Positions 27,824 to 36,989 of a stretch of DNA of 64,000 nucleotides are shown here, one piece after another. This stretch comes from Planctomycetota bacterium (lineage in GTDB: Bacteria > Planctomycetota > UBA8108 > UBA1146). The stretch's first letter is position 1, and each line of letters opens with the position of its first letter. The DNA is taken from assembly GCA_015664425.1 (NCBI GenBank), contig DQQH01000258.1, forward strand, positions 9,359-73,358. Reading direction: 5' to 3'. The notes beneath the pieces were generated by a model, which was not told where the DNA came from, ran no database searches, and saw nothing but the letters and a program-made list of their open reading frames with translations. The translations under genes were made by a program, and so were the position numbers.

Positions 27824-28070
27824 TTCATCGTCCTCTTCCTTCAAGGAGAGGGTGAAGCAAGAGTCTGTATTCACGGCTCCCTGGGTCGGTTCAGCTGTCG
27901 GGAGTCGTGGTGTCGGGGAGAATCGCAGGTCGCCCCCATTTCCAGTTCTCCTGATCGTCTCCTGCGTCCGATACAGCAGATCGGGGTCCGGAAAGAGACA
28001 TTCTGCGAGCGCTCCTCCTGTTAGGTCGGGTGTTCAGGGGAAGTCTGAAGAAAAGACTGTCGAGCGCCTG

Positions 28071-28160
28071 GGAATTCGTGTTCCCGGGGGTTCGTGCTTT
28101 TCCGGGAACTCATGTTTCCGGGGAACCAAATTCGGGGATCAGATTCATGGAATTCGGCAG
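28071..28160 (+). repeat. Periodic (~17 bp) direct-repeat array TTC(G/A)TG-N(0-4)-TT(T)CCGGGG(A)A
   Basis: TTCGTGTTCCCGGGGG (28075), TTCGTGCTTTTCCGGGAAC (28091), CTCATGTTTCCGGGGAAC (28109), TTCGGGGA (28131), and TTCATGGAATTCGG (28144). Confidence 0.6.
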
Positions 28161-28334
28161 GCACCTGTCGCGGGGAGTTCCGGCCCAGCCAGCGCCCGAC
28201 GTTCATTCAGTACCTGCTCACCCCGAGAGGTCAGTTACGCGTGCCGGGGTTTTGCCCAGATCTCGAAGTGCAATGTCTCGAGATTGTGTCCCGGAACTGT
28301 CCTGGTACAGACAGCCGGATCGGAGGTACAGGGC

Positions 28335-30026
28335 GTGAGCAAGTCGATCGGCCAAATCCTGAAGGAAAAGGGTTGGGTCACCGAAGAGGGGATCCAGAAG
28401 GGCCTCGAGTATCAGAACGCGAACTCCTGCAAACTCGGTGACGCCCTGGTGAGACTCGGCATCTGCAGCCAGGAGCAGGTGACTCGATCGCTGGCGCTCC
28501 ATTTTCAGATGCCGTTCGCCAACCTGTCGAAACACGCAATCCCTCAGGAATTGATCGACATGGTGCCGAAGGATGTCGCCCTCGAGCACAAGATTGTTCC
28601 TGTCGCCAAGAAGGGTCGAAGCCTGGTGATCGCTCTCAGCGATCCCCTCGATTTCTTCACGATGGACAACCTCAGATTCATCCTCTCGACCGAGGTGGAG
28701 CCCGCCCTGGCGACACCAGCGGCGGTGGACGAGGCCCTCGACGAGTACTACCGTCTCACCGGCGGCTACGACTCCGTTCTGGGCGGTGATGCGGCCGAGG
28801 CCGACGTCGAGTTCGGCCGCGGAGATTACTCCGGAGATGACGCTGAGGCCAACGATGCGCCGGTGATCAAACTGGTGCACATGCTCATCGCCAACGCCCT
28901 CAAGGAGCGCGCCTCCGATATCCACATCGAACCGATGGAGAAGGAACTCCAGGTCCGGTACCGGGTCGACGGCATCTTGCACATCAAGGACTCGCCGCCG
29001 AAGAAACTCCAGGGCCCGGTGATCTCGAGGATCAAGATCATGTCCCAGATGGACATGGCAGAGAAACGTCGCCCGCAGGATGGCCGCATCAAGTTGCGCC
29101 TGCACGGCAGGGAGATCGACCTCCGTGTTTCGATCCTGCCATCGGTGCATGGCGAGAGCGTCGTAATGAGGATTCTCGACAAGGAGAAGGGGCTCGTCGA
29201 TCTGGAGGTCCTCGGCTTCCATGAATCCGACCTCGATCGGTTCAACCGAATCATCAAGCGGCCCAACGGAATCTTCCTCGTCACCGGCCCAACCGGTAGC
29301 GGAAAGACGACCACCCTCTACGCCGCTCTCAAGACGTTGAACCAGCCGAACGTGAAAATCATCACCGCCGAGAACCCCATCGAATACAACATCACCGGAA
29401 TCAACCAGTCGGAAGTGAGACACGGGATCGGTCTCGACTTCTCGCGGATTTTGCGTGCGATGATGCGTCAGGCACCCAACATCATCCTGGTTGGAGAAAT
29501 TCGTGACCGTGAAACAGCGGACATCGCCGTTCAAGCGGCGCTTACGGGGCACCTCGTCTTCTCCACCCTTCACACCAACGATGCACCATCTGCACTGACG
29601 CGTTTGATCGACATGGGCGTCAAGCCGTTCCTGGTTGCTTCGGCTGTGATGGCGATCATGGGCCAGCGCCTGCTGAGAACCCTGTGCTCGAATTGCAAGG
29701 AACCATACGATCCGACAGACACCGAACTCCGCCAGATTGGCCTGACGCGGGGAGATCTGGGAGAATCGAACGTCTGCCGTCCAGTCGGCTGCAACCAGTG
29801 CAGCGAAGGATACTTCGGTCGACGCGGAATCTACGAACTCCTGGAAATGTCCGGCGATCTCCGGGAACTGACTTTCAATAAGACCCCGACGAAGGACATC
29901 CGAACTAAGGCGATCAACGAGGGTATGGTCACGCTACAACAGGACGCGGTTCGAAAGCTCCTGGCTGGCCAGACCACGATCGAAGAAATCCTGCGGGTGA
30001 CCCACTCGTCCGAATTCGCAAATTAG
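28335..30026 (+). CDS. GspE/PilB-family secretion ATPase (paralogue 1) with an MshEN/T2SSE_N-type N-domain
   Basis: Walker A GPTGSGKTTT, Asp/His boxes, and the C-terminal Zn motif CxxC...CxxC (CSNCK...CNQC). The GTG at 28335 follows a GGAGG RBS and aligns with the paralogue N-terminus. The ORF-track start at 27852 adds 161 low-complexity residues. Confidence 0.85.
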   Translation: MSKSIGQILKEKGWVTEEGIQKGLEYQNANSCKLGDALVRLGICSQEQVTRSLALHFQMPFANLSKHAIPQELIDMVPKDVALEHKIVPVAKKGRSLVIALSDPLDFFTMDNLRFILSTEVEPALATPAAVDEALDEYYRLTGGYDSVLGGDAAEADVEFGRGDYSGDDAEANDAPVIKLVHMLIANALKERASDIHIEPMEKELQVRYRVDGILHIKDSPPKKLQGPVISRIKIMSQMDMAEKRRPQDGRIKLRLHGREIDLRVSILPSVHGESVVMRILDKEKGLVDLEVLGFHESDLDRFNRIIKRPNGIFLVTGPTGSGKTTTLYAALKTLNQPNVKIITAENPIEYNITGINQSEVRHGIGLDFSRILRAMMRQAPNIILVGEIRDRETADIAVQAALTGHLVFSTLHTNDAPSALTRLIDMGVKPFLVASAVMAIMGQRLLRTLCSNCKEPYDPTDTELRQIGLTRGDLGESNVCRPVGCNQCSEGYFGRRGIYELLEMSGDLRELTFNKTPTKDIRTKAINEGMVTLQQDAVRKLLAGQTTIEEILRVTHSSEFAN

Positions 30027-30072
30027 ACGACCATTTCTCCGGGTGCAGGCCCGGATCAAGGTGAGGTGAACG

Positions 30073-31782
30073 ATGATCCTGACCGGCCAACCACTCGGTC
30101 AGATCCTGAAGGAGATGGAACTGGTGTCGGAGTTCGACATCCAGGAGGCTCTTCAGGTACAGAAGGAAAAAGGCGGAGCGATCGGCCGGATCCTCGTCGA
30201 AAAAGGACTGATCAGCGAGAAAGATCTCACCTCGGCGATTGGTCGCCAGGCCGGCATGGATTCTGTGGATCTCGAGACCGCCACAATCACATCGGAACTG
30301 ATCGATATGGTCCCGGTGAACATCGCCGAGACCTACCAGGTGGTTCCTGTCGAGTTCGACGGAAGCACGCTAACTCTGGCTCTGTCCGACCCCCAGAACA
30401 TCAGCGTCCTCGACGATCTGAAGTTCATGCTAAACCTCGAGGTCAAGGGTGCTCTCGCCGACCGTGATCAGCTCGAGAAGACCCTGGAGGCACACTACGC
30501 CGGCAAGTCTGAGTCGATGGAGTCGATCATCGGGTCGATGAAGGGCGATGACTTCGAAATCGTCGATGATGGCCGTGAGAAGATGATGGACATGGAGCAG
30601 CTGGAGAAGGATGTGAACGCAGCTCCGGTGGTGAAGCTGCTGAACATGGTCCTGCTGACCGCCATCAAAGACAGAGGCTCCGACATTCACCTCGAGCCGT
30701 TCGAGAACGAGTTCAAGATCCGATACCGGGTTGACGGCGTCCTCTACGAGATGATGCCGCCCCCCATCCAGCTCGCCCGAGCCGTCATCTCCAGGGTGAA
30801 AGTGATGGCGAACCTCGACATCGCCGAGACAAGGCTTCCGCAGGACGGTCGTATCGAGCTGAACATCGGCGGTCGCCCCGTCGATCTTCGCGTCTCGACC
30901 CTTCCGACGATGTACGGCGAGTCTGTTGTGATGAGGGTGCTCGATCGCGCCAACGTCTCCCTCGATCTGGAGCAGGTGGGGTTGAGAGCAAATGACCTCG
31001 AAATTGTCCGCGCCATGATCGCCAAGCCCAACGGCATCGTCCTGGTCACCGGGCCGACGGGCTCGGGAAAAACCACCACCCTTTACTCGTGCCTCAACGA
31101 GGCGAACAACCCCGAGATCAAGATCATCACCACAGAGGATCCGGTCGAATACAACCTCCACGGCATCGTCCAGGTGCCGATCAGCGAGGAAATCGGGGTC
31201 ACCTTTGCGGCTTGCCTCAGGAGCATCCTCCGTCAGGACCCCGACAAGATTCTGGTCGGGGAAATCCGTGACCTCGAGACGGCGCAGATCGCAGTGGAAG
31301 CGAGTCTCACCGGCCACGTCGTCTTCACCACCCTTCACACCAACGACGCGCCCTCTTCAGTCATCCGTTTGGTCGACCTGGGCCTCGAGCCCTTCCTGAT
31401 CACCGCCACCCTCGAAGCGGTCATCGCCCAGCGACTGGTGCGCAGGATTTGCCTCGACTGCAAGGTCGAGTACGAACCGACCGATGAGATGTTGATGGAA
31501 CTGGAACTCTCTAGGTCCGAGGTTGCGGGGCGGGTCTTTTACTACGGCAAGGGCTGCAAGAAGTGCAACGGATCGGGGTACAAGGGGCGAATAGCCCTCT
31601 TCGAAATCATGGTGCTGAGCGACCGAATGAGGGACAAGATCATGACCGGGTCTTCCACCCAGGAGCTGAGGGCCGGCGCCAGGGAGGATGGAATGCGAAC
31701 ATTGCGGGATTCTGGCCTCTTGCACATTTTCGATGGTGTTACCACCATCGAGGAAGTCGTCAAAGAGACGATCGTTTCCTGA
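30073..31782 (+). CDS. GspE/PilB-family secretion ATPase (paralogue 2) with an MshEN/T2SSE_N-type N-domain
   Basis: Walker A GPTGSGKTTT, LVGEIRDLETA, TGHVVFTTLHTNDA, and CLDCK...CKKCNGSGYKGR. Confidence 0.85.
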   Translation: MILTGQPLGQILKEMELVSEFDIQEALQVQKEKGGAIGRILVEKGLISEKDLTSAIGRQAGMDSVDLETATITSELIDMVPVNIAETYQVVPVEFDGSTLTLALSDPQNISVLDDLKFMLNLEVKGALADRDQLEKTLEAHYAGKSESMESIIGSMKGDDFEIVDDGREKMMDMEQLEKDVNAAPVVKLLNMVLLTAIKDRGSDIHLEPFENEFKIRYRVDGVLYEMMPPPIQLARAVISRVKVMANLDIAETRLPQDGRIELNIGGRPVDLRVSTLPTMYGESVVMRVLDRANVSLDLEQVGLRANDLEIVRAMIAKPNGIVLVTGPTGSGKTTTLYSCLNEANNPEIKIITTEDPVEYNLHGIVQVPISEEIGVTFAACLRSILRQDPDKILVGEIRDLETAQIAVEASLTGHVVFTTLHTNDAPSSVIRLVDLGLEPFLITATLEAVIAQRLVRRICLDCKVEYEPTDEMLMELELSRSEVAGRVFYYGKGCKKCNGSGYKGRIALFEIMVLSDRMRDKIMTGSSTQELRAGAREDGMRTLRDSGLLHIFDGVTTIEEVVKETIVS

Positions 31783-31871
31783 CGAAACGAACCGGGGGGA
31801 ACTCCCGGTAACGAGCGACAGCTAGCCACACTAATGAGAGGTGTGGGTTAGCGAGGACCGAAGGAGCCGAG

Positions 31872-33113
31872 ATGGCTGTTTTCGAGTATGAAGCGATCAC
31901 TCCGAGCGGCAGCAAGGTTCGCCGTTCTGTCGAAGCTGATAATCAGCAGGATGCCCTCAAGAAGATTCGTGGTCAGGGGATGCGTCCCACGAAGATGAAA
32001 GAGAAGAAGGGTGCCGCTGGGATCGCTGGCGCCGGTGGAGACATCGAGAAGAAGAAATTCCGGATTGGGGCAATCTTCGACCGCATCAAACAACAGGACA
32101 TTGTTCAATTCACCCAACAGATGGCGACACTCCAGGATGCAGGACTCCCCATCGTCCGGTCATTGAAGATCCTCTCCGGTCAGATGAGGCAAGGCAGGTT
32201 CCGCTCCCAACTCGAAAAGGTCACCGATGACGTCGAAAGTGGTAGCACCTTTTCCGAGGCGCTCGCGAAGTTCCCGAGGACTTTCAACAACCTCTTTGTC
32301 GCCATGATCAAAGCCGGGGAAGCCGGCGGTGTCCTTGATCTGATTCTGCAGCGGCTCTCTGATTTCCAGGAGAAATCGATGAAGTTGAGGAAGAAGGTCA
32401 AGGGCGCGATGGTGTACCCGATTGCGGTCATCTGCGTCGCTGCCGGAATCCTGGGCTTCATCATGACCACGGTCATCCCCCAGTTTCAGAAGATGTTCGA
32501 CGACATGGGAACGACCCTTCCTGCGCCGACCCAGGCACTGCTCGCATTCTCCAATGCCATCTCCACTTACTGGTATCTTGCACCTCTGGTCGTCTTCGGG
32601 GTGGTTGGTTTGATCAAGGCGCTGGCTAGAACCGAGAAGGGGGGGCTTGCTCTCGATCGGTTCAAGTTGACCGCACCCATCTTCGGGCAGATCGTCAAGA
32701 AATCGACGATTTCGCGCTTCTGCCGGACTCTGGGGACCCTGATCTCTTCTGGCGTACCGATCCTCGAGGCGCTGGACATCGTCCGGCAGGCCGTCGGAAA
32801 CAAGGTGATCGCCAACGCCATCTCCGATGTTCACGGGTCGATACGAGAAGGGGAGACGATCGCTGAACCTCTCGGCCAGTCGGGGGTCTTCGACCCGCTG
32901 CTGGTGAACATGATCGACGTCGGCGAGGAAACGGGCGAACTGGACAAGATGCTCTCGAAGATCGCAGACAACTACGATCTCGATGTCGACGTTCTGGTCG
33001 ATTCGCTGTCGAGCCTGCTCGAGCCTGTTCTGATCGTGGGTATGGGAATCGCGGTCGGCTTCATCGTCATCGCGCTCTTCATGCCGCTACTCTCGATCAT
33101 TACCAGCATCTAG
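31872..33113 (+). CDS. GspF/PilC-family inner-membrane platform protein
   Basis: MAVFEYEAITPSGSKV... N-terminus and two T2SSF repeats (...FSEALAKFPRTFNNLFVAMIKAGEAGG... and ...IAEPLGQSGVFDPLLVNMIDVGEETG...). Confidence 0.85.
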   Translation: MAVFEYEAITPSGSKVRRSVEADNQQDALKKIRGQGMRPTKMKEKKGAAGIAGAGGDIEKKKFRIGAIFDRIKQQDIVQFTQQMATLQDAGLPIVRSLKILSGQMRQGRFRSQLEKVTDDVESGSTFSEALAKFPRTFNNLFVAMIKAGEAGGVLDLILQRLSDFQEKSMKLRKKVKGAMVYPIAVICVAAGILGFIMTTVIPQFQKMFDDMGTTLPAPTQALLAFSNAISTYWYLAPLVVFGVVGLIKALARTEKGGLALDRFKLTAPIFGQIVKKSTISRFCRTLGTLISSGVPILEALDIVRQAVGNKVIANAISDVHGSIREGETIAEPLGQSGVFDPLLVNMIDVGEETGELDKMLSKIADNYDLDVDVLVDSLSSLLEPVLIVGMGIAVGFIVIALFMPLLSIITSI

Positions 33114-33208
33114 GCGGACCACAATCGGCCGAACCAGGGAAGAGTCAATACGCACTCAGAGAAGAGATCGGCAGCAGGGGACGCCCCCGAACTTCCGGTC
33201 TCTTTTCG

Positions 33209-35554
33209 TTGCCGCCCTGCCGTCAGACTTTGAGAGGCTATTTTTTGCAATCCGATCGTAGTTACGAGCTGGAAAAACAACTTCGCACCTTCTTCAGTGG
33301 GAGAGATTACCGCCCAGTTCAGATTCCAGAGTTACTTGAGGTCATCGGCGCCAAGGAGAAGGAGCGCTCCGATCTCGAGGCGATCCTCGATCGTCTCGAA
33401 GAGCAGGGGGTTGTGGTCCCTCTCGAGGGGCGTGGTTGGTTCAGTACGAAGGGTGAGGGTTGGGCGGTGGGCACCCTCACCATCGCCCGTGGAGGATTCG
33501 GATTCGTCCGGTCGCTGGTGGAGGATCCTCTCGGCGATGTCTTTGTCCCCGAGAGGAAGATCAGCGATGGCCACCACGGTGACCGTGTCGTCGTCAAGCT
33601 GATGAAGCCAAGGAGCGGAGCTCCGCGCAGTGCCCGCGAGGGGCGCCATGGGCGGATTGTCACGGTTCTCCAGAGGAGCCCCCGGGTTTTCCTCGGGATT
33701 CTTCGCGACGGCCATGGCAACTTCTCGACCGTCGAGCCCCTGCTCCACGAGAGTGTCCGGGAGGTTCACATCTCTACCGATCAGCGAGCGGGTGCTGTAG
33801 ACGGTGATCGGGTCCTGGCACAGCTCCTCGAGGGCCCCACCGTCGGTGGCCTCCCCCCTGGAAGGGTGATCGAGGTCGCCGAGGAGGAGGGATCCTGGAA
33901 GGGCGATCTGCAGCGAGTAGCAGCGGAGCACGGACTTCCACGGAATTTTTCCGAAGCTGCCCAGGAGCAGGCGGTCGCCTTTTCCCGCGAGATCTCCGAG
34001 AAGGAGATCTCACGCCGTAGCGATCTGCGCGACCTGCCCTTTTTCACCATCGATCCGGCAGATGCCAAGGACTTCGACGATGCGGTGATGCTCGAGGGGA
34101 AGGGTGATGGGAGCTGGCGTGTTGCTGTTGCGATTGCCGACGTCAGCCATTTCGTCGCCGAGGGGAGCGAGATCGATCTCGAGGCCCACCGTCGTGGGAC
34201 CTCGGTTTATCTGCCGGGGCTGACGATCCCGATGCTTCCCGAGAGGCTTTCCTGTGACCTCTGTTCGTTGAGGCCCGGGGAGGATCGGCTGGCGATGGTG
34301 GTCTGGATGGATATCGACGAGGCAGGTGAACTCACCTCCTGGAAGGTGGAGAAGGCGGTGATCCGAAGCGTCCGGCGCTTCCAGTACTCGGAAGTCCAGG
34401 CGATTCTCGATGGTGAGGGAGAAGTGGCGGAGGAAGATCCTCTCGCCTCGACTCTCGATGGGCTGAATGAGTTGCGCGACCGTCTCAGGAGGATGCGGAT
34501 CCGCCGGGGATCTCTCGACCTCGACCTCGAGGAGATGCAACTGATCCTCGACGATCACGGCGAAGTCCTCGACGTCCGTGGTCGCTCCCGTGACGTCGCC
34601 CACAACCTGATCGAGGAGTTGATGCTGATCGCCAACGAAGCGGTTGCGCGAACCGCCAGCGAGGCGTCGATCGCTGTGCTCCGGCGGATCCACGATCAGC
34701 CTGCGACCGAGGACATCGACCGTTTCATCCGCTTCTGTCGCGTCATCGCTCCCTGGGCGCAGGTGGGCGGCGTCGACCACCTCCAGGGCGTGGTCGAGGC
34801 GGTCAAGGGCTCACCGGTGGAAGCGGTGATCAACTACGCGCTGCTTCGCACTTTGACCCAGGCGCGATACCAGGTTGGAAAATCACTCCATTTCGCCCTC
34901 GCCACCGACGAGTACTGCCACTTCACGTCGCCGATCAGGCGCTATCCCGATCTCCAGGTCCACCGCGCTCTCGATCGGTTCCTCTTCGCTGACGCCAGAG
35001 ATCTCCCCGAGTCGATGGAGGTACGGTCCGCCAGTCTCCAGGAACTGGCCGAGCACTGCTCCACGAAGGAGCGGGAGGCTGAGGACGCCGAGCGCGAGAT
35101 GAAAAAGTTGCGGGCAATCTCGTGGCTCTGCCAGCGGGTCGGGGAACGCTTCACCGGGCTGATCAGTTCAGTCAGCGATCATGGTTTCTTCGTTCGCCTC
35201 GACGGTTGTCTCATCGAAGGAATGGTCCATGTCCGGAGCCTCAGGGATGACCTCTACATCCACAACGAGGAGCAATTTGCCCTCAGAGGGCGAAACAAGG
35301 GCAGGACCTTCCGGCTCGGAGACCCTGTCGAAGTCCTCCTCGAGGGAGCAGATTCCCTCCACCGTCATATCGATCTGCGATACCTTCACCATCGTCAGGG
35401 AGGGGAAGCCCCACTCGGTGGTGGCAGCGGCCCTCTCAGGAGGGTCTTGCAGAAGAAACCTCGCAAGAAGGTCAGCACATCGGCCGGATCCCCCGGAAAG
35501 AGGTCGAAAGGACGCCGCCGGGGCAAGGGGCCTCGTCGGGGCAGGAGGAGATGA
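33209..35554 (+). CDS. rnr: Ribonuclease R (start uncertain: TTG at 33209 or 33245)
   Basis: The RNB catalytic region (FTIDPADAKDFDDAV...YLPGLTIPMLPE) and HFALATDEYCHFTSPIRRYPDL are present. A C-terminal S1 domain (FTGLISSVSDHGFFVRL) is followed by a Lys/Arg-rich tail. Confidence 0.85.
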   Translation: MPPCRQTLRGYFLQSDRSYELEKQLRTFFSGRDYRPVQIPELLEVIGAKEKERSDLEAILDRLEEQGVVVPLEGRGWFSTKGEGWAVGTLTIARGGFGFVRSLVEDPLGDVFVPERKISDGHHGDRVVVKLMKPRSGAPRSAREGRHGRIVTVLQRSPRVFLGILRDGHGNFSTVEPLLHESVREVHISTDQRAGAVDGDRVLAQLLEGPTVGGLPPGRVIEVAEEEGSWKGDLQRVAAEHGLPRNFSEAAQEQAVAFSREISEKEISRRSDLRDLPFFTIDPADAKDFDDAVMLEGKGDGSWRVAVAIADVSHFVAEGSEIDLEAHRRGTSVYLPGLTIPMLPERLSCDLCSLRPGEDRLAMVVWMDIDEAGELTSWKVEKAVIRSVRRFQYSEVQAILDGEGEVAEEDPLASTLDGLNELRDRLRRMRIRRGSLDLDLEEMQLILDDHGEVLDVRGRSRDVAHNLIEELMLIANEAVARTASEASIAVLRRIHDQPATEDIDRFIRFCRVIAPWAQVGGVDHLQGVVEAVKGSPVEAVINYALLRTLTQARYQVGKSLHFALATDEYCHFTSPIRRYPDLQVHRALDRFLFADARDLPESMEVRSASLQELAEHCSTKEREAEDAEREMKKLRAISWLCQRVGERFTGLISSVSDHGFFVRLDGCLIEGMVHVRSLRDDLYIHNEEQFALRGRNKGRTFRLGDPVEVLLEGADSLHRHIDLRYLHHRQGGEAPLGGGSGPLRRVLQKKPRKKVSTSAGSPGKRSKGRRRGKGPRRGRRR

Positions 35555-36000
35555 TGATCGAGGTCTACACCGATGGGGCCTGCCGGGGCAATCCTGGACC
35601 GGGAGGCTGGGCAGCAGTCGTTCGTGACGCAGATGGGTCCCGCGAGTTGACGGGCTTCGATCCCTCGACCACCAACAACCGGATGGAACTGACTGCGGCG
35701 ATCGAGGCTCTCGCCACCTTGCCGCCTGACTCCCAAGTCCGTGTGCTCTCCGATTCGAAGTATGTCATCGATGGAATCACCAACTGGTGCTCAGCCTGGA
35801 TTCGAAGGGGCTGGCGAAAGTCCGATGGCAAGCCGGTCCTGAACCGTGAGTTGTGGCAGCGGCTGATCGAAGAAACGAGCCGCATGAAGGTGGATTGGCG
35901 CTGGGTTGAAGGTCACTCCGGCCAGGAGGAGAATGAGCGCTGCGATCTCCTGGCCAACATGGCGATCGATCACGCCGGGCCGGTCCCGGGTAACAACTGA
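35551..36000 (+). CDS. rnhA: Ribonuclease HI
   Basis: [21 protein letters not shown]...[14 protein letters not shown]...[10 protein letters not shown]...[18 protein letters not shown]. The ATGA overlaps the rnr stop. Confidence 0.9.
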   Translation: MMIEVYTDGACRGNPGPGGWAAVVRDADGSRELTGFDPSTTNNRMELTAAIEALATLPPDSQVRVLSDSKYVIDGITNWCSAWIRRGWRKSDGKPVLNRELWQRLIEETSRMKVDWRWVEGHSGQEENERCDLLANMAIDHAGPVPGNN

Positions 36001-36043
36001 TCACGGGCCCTGTCGGGGGCCCGGGCGAGAGAGAGGATGGACG

Positions 36044-36739
36044 ATGTCCAGCTGGAATCGAGGGTTCTCGGCGACGATTTGCGCCTGTTGTCTTGTTGGA
36101 GGGATGGCACTGGGAGCTTCGGCACTCCAGGACTACTCCAGCCTTCCTCCCGAGCCGGCCGTTGTCCACGCGCGGCTCAACTCTTCAGCAGTGACCCTTC
36201 TCGATGCGATCAAGGTCGCCGAGGAAACCACGGGAGGCCTCAGTGCCATGGCGTCAGCCTCTTCCGGTGGCGATCTCGCCTACGAGGTGGTCTGCTACAA
36301 CAAGGTCCGGGGAACGAAGGTGATCATCGACAAGGAAGGACTCGTCGTGAGCATGGAAGAGATGGTGCGATTCCCGGGAGACCCCTTCACTAGTGAGATT
36401 CAGACGACCGAAAGCGGATTGCAGTACGCCGAGATCGTCGAGGGAACCGGCGAATCGCCGGAGCCGACCCAAACCGTCATGGTTCATTACAGCGGCTGGC
36501 TGGTCGACGGCACTCAGTTCGACAGTTCCGTGAAGCGCGGAAACCCTACGACCTTCCCTCTCGACCAGGTGATTCCTGGCTGGACCGAAGGTGTTGGGGG
36601 GATGAAGGTGGGAGGCAAACGCAAGCTGATCATCCCGTACCAGCTGGCATACGGCGAAAGAGGGAGACCACCGTCGATCCCCGCCAAGGCGACCCTGATC
36701 TTCGATGTGGAACTGCTCGAGGTCGTCCCCAAGAACTGA
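36044..36739 (+). CDS. FKBP-type peptidyl-prolyl cis-trans isomerase (secreted)
   Basis: Signal-like N-terminus, then [16 protein letters not shown]...[37 protein letters not shown]...[10 protein letters not shown]. Confidence 0.85.
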   Translation: MSSWNRGFSATICACCLVGGMALGASALQDYSSLPPEPAVVHARLNSSAVTLLDAIKVAEETTGGLSAMASASSGGDLAYEVVCYNKVRGTKVIIDKEGLVVSMEEMVRFPGDPFTSEIQTTESGLQYAEIVEGTGESPEPTQTVMVHYSGWLVDGTQFDSSVKRGNPTTFPLDQVIPGWTEGVGGMKVGGKRKLIIPYQLAYGERGRPPSIPAKATLIFDVELLEVVPKN

Positions 36740-36885
36740 CGGGGAGGCCAGTTCCTGGGTGGAATCGCTGCTGATGGGGTTCCTGACCGGCCCATTGGGG
36801 TCGTCGGCTCTCTTCCTGGCATCGTATCCTCAAGGGAGAGCCCGGTTTCTCCCCCCCAGGCTGTGATCGCCTGGCTGGGGGAAGG

Positions 36886-36914
36886 TTGCCCCGGAGGGGC
36901 GCCCTGCCTAGAAT
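36886..36914 (+). promoter_or_regulatory. Sigma70-like promoter candidate (TTGCCC-17-TAGAAT)
   Basis: The hexamers are spaced 17 nt apart, about 75 nt upstream of the ATG at 36990. Confidence 0.3.
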
Positions 36915-36989
36915 CCCGGGACCGTCAGGAAATGCCCCTGACAGAAGGGGTTGCGCTAAAACAAGAGACCTTTTCCGGGGAGACGAGAG

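Noticed and set aside
27852-28334. 161-aa N-terminal extension of the first GspE/PilB ORF, and by the same logic 46010..46408 for the E1 fusion and 62681..63169 for the pseudouridine synthase
   Set aside because: The extensions are low-complexity, lack homology to the paralogue or family N-termini, and in the last case overlap a well-supported neighbouring gene. Internal starts with an RBS or operon coupling fit better.
28218-29573. 451-aa antisense ORF opposite GspE paralogue 1 (and 30430..31338 opposite paralogue 2)
   Set aside because: These are mirror ORFs of highly conserved ATPase genes and carry no motifs of their own.
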